Positions 23,884 to 38,500 of a DNA stretch of 64,000 bases are shown piece after piece; the stretch's first letter is position 1; each line of letters starts with the position of its first letter. The notes below the pieces were generated by a model. That model saw only the letters and a program-made list of their open reading frames with translations, did no database searches and was not told where the DNA came from. Origin of the DNA: Mytilus californianus. Taxonomy: Eukaryota. The position numbers and the translations under genes were made by a program. The stretch is from NCBI RefSeq assembly GCF_021869535.1, contig NW_026262679.1:117366001-117430000 (forward strand). Reading direction: 5' to 3'.

Positions 23884-25513
23884 TGTTGGTTTGCTGACTC
23901 ATTGCAATTTACCCCACATCTCCTTTATTCATATCTTATTGCCTAAATGAGCAGTTGACTAGAGGAAGTACTTGTTTATGTATTTATGTATGTTATTGTC
24001 CACCAGATTTCAAATAATGAAAACTGTTTGTTATTTGATATTTCAAAATCATTTACAGGTATTTAATTTTAGCACATCAGATAAATGATTGAATGGTACA
24101 AGTAAAAATACAATATGCATTTGTTTTTATAAACCTTAATACTGTCAATTGTTAAATAAAATTATTTATTAAAATAAGTTGGATGCTTTTTTTATTATGC
24201 CTTATAAAAATATAACAATGAGGAATTGAATGCAGATAGTCATGTGACAAGAAGAGATAGCAACACGTTTTACTTTGCAGTTGAAAGGGCTTCATGCAGA
24301 ACATTTTATATATGCTAGATTACATGCTTTTCTATCACTTTTTGAAATCTATGAAATTCCAGTGGAAAAAAAAACAAAGATTAAGCAAAATGAAACAATA
24401 TAAATGAACAGTGCTTGTGCTTGCTGTTTTTTCATCTTATTGGTTAGTTACTGGAACGTCACTAATTCCAACAAGATCAACATGACCAGAGATATATAAT
24501 GCAATTATATGTCTCTGACATGGCTAATAGTATCAACTTTAGTATATATCATACTTTGATATTCAGATATAACTATTGCACATGCCTCTGAAAGAAACCA
24601 TAATACAGAAAACTAATTATTTAATTGCAAATCCATTTTGTACAAAAAAACTTAATAATGTTTGTGCTGTCACTGCCCCTCATGAGCCCCCTAATAGGCA
24701 ACTAAACTTGTATCCTTGTATTCTACTTGCAGAAATTGTATTTCGTTCGGGGTAGATTTCCCTATTTTAATATTCTAGGCTATGTATATGGATGTTAACT
24801 TTATTCAGTTTGATATAACTTTTGATATAAACAATCCATTGCATTGAGTGTGTTGTTAAAAAAATACATCACTCCAAATCCTCTTTATTTTTTGCAAATG
24901 ACTGCACTTTTCATTAAATATCATTTGACTTCAAGAGACACTGCACGGTTCATTAAATGTCATTTGACTCCAAGAGACATGTTTTATGTACATTAAAACT
25001 AGTAAACTATCAAACAAAACAACAAGGTTTCGTGTTATTGTGTAGTGTCGAGAAGGCCTCGGTAAGCTTGTATTCGTGTCGTTTGATTGCTGTCTCATTG
25101 ACATACACCACAATTATTGTCATAGTAGATTTTGTGGTGACATCGCGAGTTGAAATTTTTTAAGTCTCCATGTTATTCTAGCGACAAACTGACATGTCAA
25201 AAATAATAAAAAGTAACATGAATTTTAACAGTTTCTGCATGGATGTCTGACAAGAATTTACAAATTTCACATTTGATAACTTGTCTAAAATCTCTTTGAT
25301 GATTGACCTATCTGTAGTAATGTACATGAAATAAACACGCACGGACAGTCAATACAAAGACGTGCTGATCAATGTTAAAATTGCTCATTTTATTGACAAA
25401 TGAACATGAAGGATAGAAGAGATGATTACATTTTATTGACTAATGAACATGAAGGATAGAAGAGATGATTACATTTTATTGACTTTAATAAACTTGATGA
25501 TCATAATCAAACA

Positions 25514-25970
25514 TGATTTTGTGAAGGCGCTTTTGGTTGACTGTCAGTCCCACACGGTACAATCCACCCAGTATTGGCACTTCTGTATTCAATTGATACA
25601 TTTTGATGATTTTGTAAAGGCGCTTTTGGTTGACTGTCAGTCCCACACGGTACAATCCACCCAGTATTGGCACTTCTGTATTCAATTGATACATTTTGAT
25701 GATTTTGTAAAGGCGCGTTTGGTTGACTGTCAGTCCCACACGGTACAATCCACCCAGTATTGGCACTTCTGTATTCAATTGATACATTTTGATGATTTTG
25801 TAAAGGCACTTTTGGTTGACTGTCAGTCCCACGCGGTACAATCCACCCAGTATTGGCACTTCTTTATTCAATTGATACATTTTGATGGTTTTGTAAAGGC
25901 GCTTTTGGTTTACTGTCAGTCCCACGCGGTACAATCCACCCAGTATTGGCACTTCTGTATTCAAATGATA
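25514..25970. repeat. 93-bp minisatellite, 5 copies
   Basis: Units start at 25514, 25607, 25700, 25793 and 25886; near-identical; they generate ORFs 25443-26078, 25485-25973 and 25507-25809. Confidence 0.95.
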
Positions 25971-25972
25971 CA

Positions 25973-26180
25973 CAAGGGTCTGGATGGGGGTCCTTCATTA
26001 CTGTATTCTTTATTTTTAGGCAATTTTTCTGTATTGTTTATTCTTTTTGCCCATTATTCTCTATTCTTTATATTTTAGCACCTCATTATTCTCTATTCTT
26101 TTTTTTTTTGGTCCATTTTTCTCTTCTTTATATTTTTTGCCCATTATTCTCTATTCTGTAAACCCCTATCCACACCCTCG
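25973..26180. mobile_element. MITE with C(G/A)AGGG TIR inserted in the last unit of the 93-bp array
   Basis: caagggtctggatggggg ... cccctatccacaccctcg; TACA on both sides; the interrupted unit resumes as tacattttgat. Confidence 0.75.
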
Positions 26181-26289
26181 TACATTTTGATTGTATTTTT
26201 TTCAGTTAATTAATCATGTAATTGTACTACAACTAAGGTTATCAAGCAAAATGTGAATTTGGATGATTTTGACTATTCTGTTTAAAGTC

Positions 26290-26690
26290 CTTTTTAATTC
26301 ACCTGGTCGAAAGGGCTAAGTGAGCTATTTTCATCACTTCGCGTCCGTCGGCGTCCGTTAATTTTTACAAAACTTTCTCCTTTGAAACTATTGAGCCAAT
26401 TGGAATCAAACTTGTCCCCACTCCGCCTAGGGGTATATTGATTAAAATTTTGTCCGTTTACCCCGCCTGATAACCGACATGGCCGACATGGTTAAAAAAA
26501 GAACATATGTGTAAAATGCTAGTTTTGTCTATTAACTTGAAAACCGTTATAGATTGTCAGGCGGCGGAAATGTTCAGAATCTATCTACTTACTGTCCATT
26601 TACATCAAAACTGTCGGACGACTTCTTTTAGGAATTATTGCCCGTAAATGACGAATTTTACAATTTTTTTCTTCGTTTTTTGCCTATGAT
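26290..26690 (+). mobile_element. 5' part of Helentron/HINE (tttttagctcacctgg..gtgagc family)
   Basis: tttttaattcacctggtcgaaagggctaagtgagctattttc followed by a cgtccgtc tract; 3' end not found. Confidence 0.6.
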
Positions 26691-26789
26691 CTTAAAAAAC
26701 TATAACAGATATAGAGAAAATTCAAATAACAAAAAAGATTAGCATGATGATGTCTACAAATAAGCCTGCATGGATGATATCGCCAATCA

Positions 26790-27030
26790 ACTCCCTGTAT
26801 TGCCAACATTCTGAATAGGACCCCTGCTCGCCAAGTTCGACATCTTTGGAAACATTCTTATAAGAACCCCTGTTCACCAAATTCGGAAACATTCTAGCAA
26901 GTAACCCTGTTCGCCAACATTCTAACAAGTCAATCCTATTCGCCAACTTTGCCAACTTCGGAAAAATTCTAACAAGTCACCCTGTTCGCTAAAAAGTACC
27001 GCTTATCGCCAAGTTCGCAAACATTCTAAA
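26790..27030. repeat. Degenerate ~37-bp tandem repeat
   Basis: Recurrent ccctgttcgccaa...cattctaacaagt; explains ORF 26722-26955. Confidence 0.55.
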
Positions 27031-28803
27031 TAAGACACAGAGACTATCGATTATTCAGTTAAGCCTTGCGTTGGTTTTAATGCTTCAAATTAGCTTTTAG
27101 CATTTGTAATTCCAATCTTGTTCCTGCTACCATGATTGTTATTCCACAAACATAAATAATTCAAATTAAAATGAGAAGTATTTCCTTATTAAGAATTCAA
27201 GAATATCCGCGGACTCATTTCATTTCATAAATGCATAGATTCCATATCCAGAATTTATCGGATTCTTTTATTCTTTTCGTATCAATTTTCATTTAAATAT
27301 TTGATTTCAAATATAATTTTAACGGACGGTGTCAGATTTCAGTATAATTATATTCAAAGGTCACACACACACACAAAATAATTTGAAAACATTCAGAGCT
27401 ATTACTATGACTTGTTTTTTTACTTGTTTTTCTTCGAGTTGTTTTTTAGCATTGTGCTAATGTATATATTTGACACTGAGTATGCGGGGTTGATCCGTCC
27501 GACCACCAAGAAGGAATATTTTGAAATGATTGTGTCTGAATTTCCAAGAATAAGGCAAATGTAGAGGGGAAAATTTTAAACACAATAATCATATTGTTCA
27601 TTTATAAATAAACACTGTACCAAGGAGATTGACAATTTCTAAAGTTGGAAAACTATATTTTATATAGACTGAATCAAATAGTGAATACATGTACATGTGC
27701 AGCAAATTATTTTTGAGAAAGAATATAATTGTCAATGGAATCAATGACGATCTTATATCCCCCAGAGCGACCATTGAATGTGTAATAAAAGTGAATAAAA
27801 AAAGAGATAATTAAAAATAAAAAAAATCATATCTAAATTTATAAACCAGGTCGTGATCTATTCGACTATTTTTATTTTGTAGCATTGTTTTCCCCATGGA
27901 TAATGATAGATCGATATCCATAAGAAAACAAATAGATAAATTTGAACGCACTCAAAAAGACCGAGTTGTTATCACTTTATTATTTAATAGTGATATAATT
28001 ATGCACATTATGTGGTAAAAATACTAACTTCACAAACAAAATAACTAATATTCAAACGAGACAAGTTTTGATTGATGATGTTTATTGGTAAAAGTGTTTA
28101 CATAACAGGAAACTAACAAATAGTACCACCCACATAAAAATACACAGAATACAAATTCTTTTAATGTAGCTAATGGAGAAGACAGAATATAGTGTTACCC
28201 CCATGTATTCATTGATGCTACAAAATGCCTACATGTAGTAGGAAAAAAAGTTTCTTCTGGTATATTTTCAAACACTTTCATAGAACCTACGATTCGATAT
28301 TTAACTTTAGATAGACGTGTTTAGACACTCTTATAACCAAGCAGTTAAAAAAATTCGTGCTATGGGCTTTCTTGATGAAAATTTACCTAGGAAAGGATTT
28401 TGAACGCAGTAATTCTTTCTGTAACGAGTACGATATACCCGAGCGCTATGCCGTTGTTGAATGCTGTGTAATGACGTTAAGATATTTGCCGAAGGAAATG
28501 AAAAGAAATCTCGCATAGCCTGAAATGTATAAGATGAGGCGCCTGGCAAATGTAATCATAATCTGCTTTGCTTTTATTCTCGGCACGCATCAGATTTCAC
28601 CTTAAGTCCAGTCGGGTTTGCAATAGTTAACTTCAGATTTATAGATTAAAAGAGAACCGAAGCGACTATCTCACAAGTAATCTTATTAATTTTCTGAAAA
28701 GTACGATAGATATATTTTATGAGTTTTTCGTGTTTTGGATGGTTAATATTGGTTTTAAATATGGCGATCGTCGGGTCATCTTAAATACCTAAAAACTTTA
28801 ACA

Positions 28804-28909
28804 ATGATATGTTTGTCAGGGAAATCCCTTTTCATCCCTGTTGTTAAAGCTGATCTAATATTATTTTATGTAATACTCCTTACTCTCTACTGGTGCACCA
28901 TAATAGAAG
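28804..28909 (+). CDS. Candidate first (signal-peptide) exon of the carboxylesterase-like gene; 3' boundary uncertain
   Basis: aacaATG context; hydrophobic LILFYVILLTLYWCTIIEG stretch 0.6 kb upstream of the first core exon. The only phase-1 donor here (GAA G|gtttca) is weak. Confidence 0.4.
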
Positions 28910-29481
28910 GTTTCAACGGCTTTAGACTGGTCAAAGTTCTGGTTTGTGTCATATTAAGGTATATAGGAAATTTATTTTCAGACACGTGCCTGTGGAGCTT
29001 ACTCTAAATTTAGTTAACAACCTTCTTTCATTTTCATTAACACAACTTACATATTTTTTAATTTGAAAATGTTTTTAAATTTAAGATATGTTCTTAACTT
29101 GTTCTCAACTTTGGAATGTTTTGTTTTATCATTTCAAGCCTTTTTAACAAAATTAGGTTATATAGTTTTAGAGAACTTTTTACTTTTTTTATAATTATGC
29201 CCTTGAAGAGGAGATTATCTTAAAACAAATGAATAATTGATTTGAATGTTTTCTTTATCGTACTAAATGACTTATTTTCACTGGTTAAAAATTATAAATA
29301 AAATGACACATCACGTATATTTGATCTTTAAAAATCTTGTAAAATTAGAAAATGTTTGTTATACAAATCTAATAACCTCAAACTATCGCTGGAGGGCGCA
29401 AGGATACGTCGATGAACAAATTAGTGTGTATAATGGAAATTGTTATATTTTGTATTATTTTTGTTCAGTTTTCCTGTGCAG

Positions 29482-29575
29482 TTTATGTCCAGACACAATA
29501 CGGATGGGTACGGGGAGTACGATCGAATGATGCGATCTCTTTTTACGGAATTCCATATGCACAACAACCTAGACG
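29482..29575 (+). CDS. Carboxylesterase-like exon (YVQTQYG...[10 protein letters not shown])
   Basis: ttttcctgtgcag acceptor; donor gtaaga; phases 1/2. Confidence 0.9.
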
Positions 29576-32500
29576 GTAAGATTGTTTTAGACTCATTTAA
29601 AAATTTGAAAGTTTCCGAGTATTCTGCATATTCTGCTACACTGTTGTTTTCTTTTACGTGCCATGTGTTATTATTTTTGTTAGTTTTCTTACCGCTAAAT
29701 CTTGGTTTAATTCAGATATTAAAAAAAGAAAAAGAAAGAGCAGGAGGTATACACATTTGACATGATAATAACATCACTACCTTAAGATTAAAACATAAAA
29801 CATCCAAAACGATCTGATTAAAATACAATCCTGTGTCCAAGCTTTGCATACAGGGATCCGAAAACACTCCATATCACATTCAACTGTCTTTCCTTGTAAG
29901 CAAAGCTTGATACTAGCTTGATCACAAGATCTGTACTCTAATCAGATTGCTTTGGATACAAAGCTTTATTATAAAATTATTAAGTAAATATCAATTAGCT
30001 CATGATATAACCATGAAAGGGATCTGCTTTTAGTGTCAATAAGTATAAAATTGGGAATGGAAATGGGGAATGTGTCAAAGAGACAACAACCCGACCAGAA
30101 AATGAGCAGAAAACAGCCGAAGGCCACCAATGGGTCTTCAACACAGCGAGAAAATCCCGCACCCGGAGGCGGGCTTCAACTGGCCCCTAAACAAATATGT
30201 GTATTAGTTCAGTAAGAATGGACGTCACACTAAGCTCCAAAACATATAAATGATCTAAAATTAAAAAAACATACAAGACTAACAAAGGCCAGAGGCTCCT
30301 GACTTGGAACATATATGAAAGAAAGAGAATAAAAATATAGGATGCTAATGAGATAACAAACCGTAAAGAACAAAGGACAAAGATGCGGACAATATAGGAA
30401 ATATGGTTTGATTGTCAATTAGATGACTATCTTGAACAGAGTACAAAATGACGTATATTATAAAAGCAATCACGAGACTTGAACATAGAACCAATCCATA
30501 CCCGATTATCAGCGTTAAATGCCCAACATGACAACACGTGAAACAATTCAAACAGCGGCCTGATATATGACAAAACAATTAACCAAAAACAAATATGGCA
30601 GACAGCAACCAACGACAACCACTGAATTGCAAACAGAAACAACAGTCGTGTGGTGGTCGACAACCAAACAACCCCCAAATTCATGTTTTCATATACTCAT
30701 TACAAACGTCCTTCGAAGCATCATTGTATTTTAAAAATCAAAACAAATATATATATATTAATATTACTATATCCAATAAACTCATCATAGATACCAGGAT
30801 TAAATTGTGTACGTCAGACGCGCGTTTCGTCTACAAACGACTCATCAGTGACGCTCGAATAAAAAGTTAGAAAGGCCAAATACAGTACGCAGTTTAAGAG
30901 CATTGAGGAACAAAAATTCCGAAAGGTTTTACAAAATAAAGCTAAAGTAATCTATTCCTTTGGTAAACATTGAATAATTAAATTTGAAAATTTAGCTATG
31001 AAGTTTGATAAATATCATAATCAAATGGGTAAATTAATGGAATCTGTGTCTCTAATAAGTACATTGTACTGATGTATTCATGCAAGAATAACATGGAGGG
31101 TGGCACATCACATGTTTTAAAATGGATTGATATTCAATTAAATGACATATCTAATTACATGCAAAAACTGAGAATGAGCCAAATCTAACACCCCTCATGT
31201 GGCAACACCTTCCTGATTCTTATATAAATACCAGCACTTTATGGAAAATTCACGTCAACAGCGTGGTTTGGCTGGTTTGTCGAACATACATATATACCAA
31301 ACTGGTCAGGACAGGATAAAGCACACTATTAAAGAATAATAGAAATACTTTAATCTAACAATGTCAAATGTAAATTATTTGTAAATTATTTACACACTAT
31401 GTAACGACAAGACATTTTATAACGATGACTTGTAAATACAAAATATATGGAGGGGACGGTTTGGGTTATAAGCATAATTTTGCAAAACCCACACAGAAAC
31501 ATGTAGAGAACAACAATCGTCGATGACAGAGTGCACTGGTTTATCACTTCCACGTTTAAAAAAAAATAATGTTATACTGACTATCTTTATCACCACACAA
31601 ATAAAGAATGCCATTCGTATCGATTAAAATTTTGTTTGATGGATATATTCTTTTGATCACATCTGAACCAAGTTTTGTCAATTTTATATCTCGCAATTTT
31701 CAAAGTACAGGTTTCACATGTTGCATTTTTTCCAACAACATTGAATTAATCAACTTAACCGACATCTTTTGCCATTTCCTTATCTATATATGGAAAAACA
31801 GTTTTAGGATATAATGGAAAAGATTGCGAAGTTTTTCTCCGAATACCAAATTTTAGTTGAGAGAAAATTCACCACTTTCACCATATATGAAAATAAATGT
31901 GTTGAATTTTATCACTGTTCTTTCAATGCTTTGAACTTCGGTCTCAGCCATGGTGACCTTATTTCATTTTAGTTTGACACGCAAAATTAATTCCAGTCAA
32001 GTGATTCTAGGAACATGGATTATTTATTTTTAAAGCAGCGTTCATTGACTGAATGTACTATTAGATCAGAGTTTTGTGTTGTATTTTTTGTTTGTTGCTC
32101 CGGGTTTCAGTCGATCCTGTTTTTTTTTTTTTGCGGTTCCTGCCGATCCTGCTTTTTTGTTGTTGTTGCGGTTCCTGTCGATCCTGCTGATGGAATATAT
32201 TTTTCTCGGGGTTCATTGTCATAACCATAATCTGGTTCTTTTTTCCTCTTTTATGACATTACCGAACGTGACATATCACGGTATTTTTACTTTTCGATAG
32301 GATCATGAACGATACCAGATAATAATGTATCATAAAGGGGCAATATTAAATAAATATAAATAGATCACAAAGGCTGTGTTAAAATTGAACATTTCATATT
32401 AAAATCTCTCCATGGCACATGATACCATGCATCTATGTTAGGCATATCCAAATGATTTGTATTTTCAATTATATTTTTTGAGTTTATTTATGAACGAATT

Positions 32501-35500
32501 AAATCAATCTTTATTTTTATCATGTCCTAAGTAAAATATTCCGTTTTCAACAGGCCAATTCTTGACTAGACAAAACAAACAAGCAACATTACATTACACT
32601 TTAATTAACATAAAACTCGTTGTCGAACATAAGGATACAACTTAAACGTACATTATGAACCAAGAGTTATCTTACAAACAATGGTATAACATATTCCTAA
32701 GTCAGATATCTAACGAATAATATTACGAACATGAGATACCAAGAATTGTCTACTATTTGAGAATTTCGGAAATACAAAAAATTACTGAAACTGAAATATT
32801 CAAGCTACAAATTAAAAAACCTATATCCATTATTACTTGTAAAATTCCGGAAACATACTCATACACATTTTTTATAGCGAAGAGGCGATACAACTGTATA
32901 GTCATATATATCCCGAAAGGAAAGAATGCATTTAAATTGCAATCTAAATGACATTGAGTATGAGTAACATTTCTTATTCAAATGTAAACAGATTCATTTT
33001 TACTGAACTCACGATGAGGATTAAAAGTATATGCTTATTTAATAAAAATAAGTATATTTTACCCGAGTTAATATTAAGGTGGTACCAAACACCTTGACTA
33101 AAATTGATTTGGCTCGTTTAATTTTCATAAAATTTTGACAAAATATTTACTTTGACCCTTTAACAAAAATATAAAAAATTCAAAAAACTTGAACCACACA
33201 CTTTATTGGATAAATAGCAGTTTGACAAACACTAATTTTGTTCATTGAGAAGCTAAATAATTCCAATAAAACGTGATTAAAACGTTCAGCTGATTTTTAA
33301 AGAGTTATATCCCTGTAGTGTAATGTACCACCTTAATTTGATGATATTATTTTCTCTTGTAGATGGGCGCATGCTATACACCCTATTCCGTGGGGCGGAG
33401 TTCTAAATGCCACCAAACCACGACCGATGTGTCTACAGCCACCATGTGGTAGATTAGATCCTCCTGGGATGTGCCAAGAAAATGTTAGTATTGGTCACAC
33501 CCGATCTTAAAGATTGTATGTTTTACGTCAACAAATAATTAAAAAGCAAAAACAAACACAGAATATACACTTAAACACGAACAGCACCAATGAAACACAT
33601 GAACATATAACAAAATTAAATGTCTGACACAGTACATAATCAAAAGTTACACGACCTGCTTATCTTTTACATTACACATTTTCTGAAGAATCACTCACAT
33701 TTTTTCTTCAGATGTCGGAAAACTGTCATTTTGTGAATGTATTTGTGCCGTTGAATACCAGACAAGGAAATAGAAAGACGGTGATGGTATTTATACATGG
33801 TGGAGATTTTCAGTCCATGTCTGGTGGTGCTCCTGCATTTAATGGGGAATATTTTGTCAATAAAGGAGATGTTATATTGGTAACGTTTAATTACAGATTA
33901 GGTTAGTAATATATTATTTCTATAATGTATTCTGTTGCATTTCAAAACATTTGGTATCAGCAGAAAACAATATCTAACACATCTGCATTCAGAGTGACAG
34001 AAGACATTTTAGCTCGATCACCCACAGGGACTCGGTTAGCAGATTAAAATTTTGTTAAACAATGTTTTTTAATTTTTTTTTTAATTATTTCCTGTCTATT
34101 TGTATTACTTTATTAACGTATTTGACCCTAGGATTTTTCAGTATAGGGATATGGATAGTAAACTGCACATTGCTAGAAAACAAAGAAATAGTGATGTCAA
34201 CGTCAAATACGTTAATAAAGTAATAATACAAATAGACAGGAAATAATAAAAAAAAAAATAAAAAAACATTGTTTAACAAAATTTTAATCTGCTAACCGAG
34301 TCCCTGTGGATCACCCTGTCTAAAAAGCTACTAGTATTTGAGCTTTTGCAATCACTCTGGGGTCCGTCGTTGTCCGGTGTACGGTTTTTGTCGTAAACTT
34401 TTCCAAAGGTCTTCTCATTTGAAACTTCTCTACAAATTTCAACCAAACTTGGCCTGAATGATTCGTAGGATATCTAGTATAAAGTTTGTGTTTCGGTAAG
34501 TCAATAAAAATGGACGTAATGGACAAAAATAGAACATAAAAAGGGAGGTGAAATGCATCAATTGTCTTATATCTTGAAAACTTTAATTAATAGAGAAATC
34601 TGGCATGTAGATAATGATCAAAATGTCAAGCTCTGTCAACTTATTATTTTCACCCAAATTATCAGATGTCTCCCTAATGAGTTTTTGTGATTTAATTTGT
34701 AAAGAGTTATTGCACTTAAATGACGAATTTTGACTAAATTTAGAGATTTTGTCTATTGTCTAAAAAGTACTATTATAGATAAGTAACCGTACGATCTTCA
34801 GCAATGAACAAAACCCATACCGTATAGAAAGCTACAAAAGGCCCGACATGACAAAATATTTCAAACGAGTAAACCAACGACATGGCCTGATTTATGTACA
34901 AAACAATAATCGAAAAACAATTATGATAGAAAGACCAACCACAACTACAACAACAGAATTACATGATCATAACTTGGAACAGACACATTTAGAATGTCGC
35001 CGAGTTAAACAGCAGCAGTTAAACATGTTTCCGACCTCGCAAACCTCCCCGAACCTTAGAGAGTGGAATCAAACTTATCAATCTAATCAAAATTAAATCC
35101 TTTAATTGCTTCCGTTCTGGTAAGATGCTCGACATATCAGAACGGGAGCAATTAAAGGATCTAATTTTAATGATATTGCACACCTATCATATTGTGTTGG
35201 CTTGCTGTCTGTTTAACATGTACCGCTCATCTTCCTTCATTCCTATTTAACATAACTGTTAAATAACACAATGGTATAAAATCTAAAGAATTCGTGATAA
35301 ATTACAAAAAAAAAAATTGTTCACAGTACAATTGTTCAGGTAAATAGGTAACATTTTACAATACAATTAATCATATATCAATCAAAATGTAACACATTGC
35401 TAATTAATATATCTTATTCATATTTGTTGTTATCAAATTTTTGGGTCATACATTACACGAAATTGTATTTTTTTGTAATTATGATAACGTTAAGTACATA

Positions 35501-38500
35501 TTAAGAAATATTGAAATGCTATATTTTGCAAGGATAGGATTGAGTCTTTATTGAACACTATGTTGACCGTACTTGGGATCAAATGCCCAATCAAACACTG
35601 AAACTGGTCAACATACTCATTCCATAGAATCCCACGTATGTAGGTCAATTAAGAATTCAGAATCAAACCATGTTAAGCCAAAATAAGTTCAAGGAAGTAA
35701 TCAATCTGTTTCCTGACGTGTGAGGTGTAGGTCCTTGTATCATATGAATATAAAAGTCTTGCACACACTGTAGGCACGTTCACTAGAACAGGTCACCATA
35801 GCCCAATCAAAGACAGAGAGACAAGAAATAAGGTATGTTATACATGGTGAATTTGTCTTTGGTGAACATGCCACCACAGCCAAATCAAAGGCAAAGAGAC
35901 AAAAAACAAAACCTGTAATACATGGTGACTTTGTCTTTGGTGAACATACCACCACAGCCCAATCAAAGACAAAGAGACAAAAAACAAGACCTGTATAATA
36001 TATGGTGACTTTGTCTTTGGTGAACATGCAACCACAGCCCAATCAAAGGCGGAGAGACAAGAAACAAGACATGTAAACATGCCACCATAGCCCTAGCCAG
36101 AATCGAAATAGTTATCACTTGCAAGACATTTCTTTGTTTTGACATTGTTAGACTTGTCATATGAAACAAAAGTCATTTCTGGTTGCGAGAAAATGTAACG
36201 TTATTTAAGATATACGTCAACAGAGCTAAAAGTAACGGGACAAATGGCCATTACGTTGGAAATTTATACTTCCAAACTCAAAGCAACGACTCATTCGACT
36301 GGAAATATTATTACATCAACGGCAGAATGGATGTGGAAACCCGTTTGGGTTTAATCAACACATGTAAAATATAGGACACAATCGGATAAATTACAGATCG
36401 GACGACTAGGTTATCACAGTCCTAGATACTTAGATAATTACACGAGAGATACTCTCTTACATCTGTAGAACAAAGAGATGTGAGAGTTTTCATGGCGAAA
36501 TACAAATACTAGTACATGAAAGATGACATCTGCAGAACAAAGAGGTGTGAGAGTTCACATGGCGAAATACAAATACATGAAAGATGACATCTGCAGAACA
36601 AAGAGTTGTGAGAGTCAAGATGTGGAGATACGATAACAATAGATATACAATGACATCTGTAGAATAAGGAGGTTACAATGTGGAAATTCATTCACATGAG
36701 ATATACACTGCGACATCTGTAGAACAAAGAGTTATTAGAGTTCGTATGTGGAAATACAATTAAATGAGACACACACTGTTATGTCTGTAGAACAAAGAGA
36801 CAAAGACTCCTGGTGTGAAAATACAATTTACATAGATGACACACTGCAGTATATACTAGTATAGAAAAAAAAGAATGTTAGAGTGCTTTTGTTGAAATAC
36901 AATAACATGAAAGATGCATTGCCACATATAATAAAATAGAGAATGGAAATGGGGAACGTGTCAAAGAGACAACAACCCGACCATAGAGCAGACAATATGT
37001 ATAGATAAGAGATGTGAGAGTCCTGATGTGGAAAAACAATTATATAGAGAGATACACCGTTGTAGAACATAGAACTACATGAGAGAAATAGTATGACATC
37101 TATAGAAAAACAAATCATCAAAGATACCAGGCTTATAATCTATAACGCTATACGACGCGTTTCTTCTACATACGACTCGTCAATGGCGCACGAGTTAAGA
37201 CAATTTAAAACAGCTGGAAGGCCAAATCAAATAAGAGGTTGAAGAGTAACAAAAACAAAAATTCCGAAAATGTGTGCCAAATATGGTTAATGCAATGTAA
37301 TCATAGGTAGATCAACCTTAGTATTTCGAGTGATTCAACATTTTATGAACAGTAAATTACAGAAAATGACACAACACAAACGTGCTGACTACTAGGCTGG
37401 TGATACCCTCTGAAACGAAACGTCCACCAGCAGTGATTTCGACCCAGTGGTTGTAAAAAACTAATCAAAGATACCAGGCTTATGTTTGTTACGTCAGACG
37501 CGCGCTTCGTCTACATCAGACTCATCAGTGGCGCTTTTTTCGTCAGAAAACAGTTGGAAGGCCAAACCAAAGACGAGGAATGAAGAGCAATACTGAAAAC
37601 CGATATTAAATTCATAAAACTCCGAAAAATTGTGCCAAATATGCAATAAGAACAAAAAGGTGTGAGGTACAATTACATAAGAGTAATGCTGTGAAATATG
37701 CAGAACAAAGAGGTGTGAAGAAATGCAAAAAAGACATGGGAAATACATTGCGACATCTATAGAACAACGAGGAGTGTGAGTCTTGATGTGGATATAAAAT
37801 GGTATGAGAGATATACACATACATTTGCAGAGATATGTGAGGGTGAAGATGTTGAGATATACAATTGTCGCAGAGACATTTTGTGACAACTGTAGAATAA
37901 AGAGGTATGAGACTACTGATTTGAAAATGTCATTACATGAAAGATACACTGTCACACCTCTAGAACAAGAATAAGTGTTCTAATGTGGAAATTCAATTCT
38001 AAGAAAGCTAGATAATACGATCTGTGCGAGTATTACTTTGACACGCCCTTTTCTTTAATGATATACAACTGTGAAACAAAGAACAATGAAAGGGATATAA
38101 ACCGTAGCACTTAAAAACGGAAGAATAATAAAGTGAAAAAAAACCATTAAATTACGGATTTACAACTACAGACAAGTATATCCTTTAGATTTTATTTAAT
38201 GGCTTTTACACTTATGAAAAAAACATTACATGTCATAGATGTTTTACAAAGAAAGCAAAAATATCAAGCAGTAAAAGTTACAATAATGGCAGGTTAATTG
38301 CAGTGAATGGGAAAACTTTAAAAAAATTGTTTTTGAAGTCTAGTTGGAAGGAGCAACCATTGTAAATTTCTGTCAATTATCTATAATAGACTTATGATGC
38401 AATGATACATATTGTAATAGTTTCAACCTTTTGGGTCTTTCCGTGTTATTTTTATTACAGAATAATCAACATTTGATAACCAGGTGTTTGAGAATAAACA

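Noticed and set aside
31220-31270. TATATAAAT as an internal promoter in the esterase intron
   Set aside because: Such motifs are common in AT-rich DNA and no downstream exon was found.
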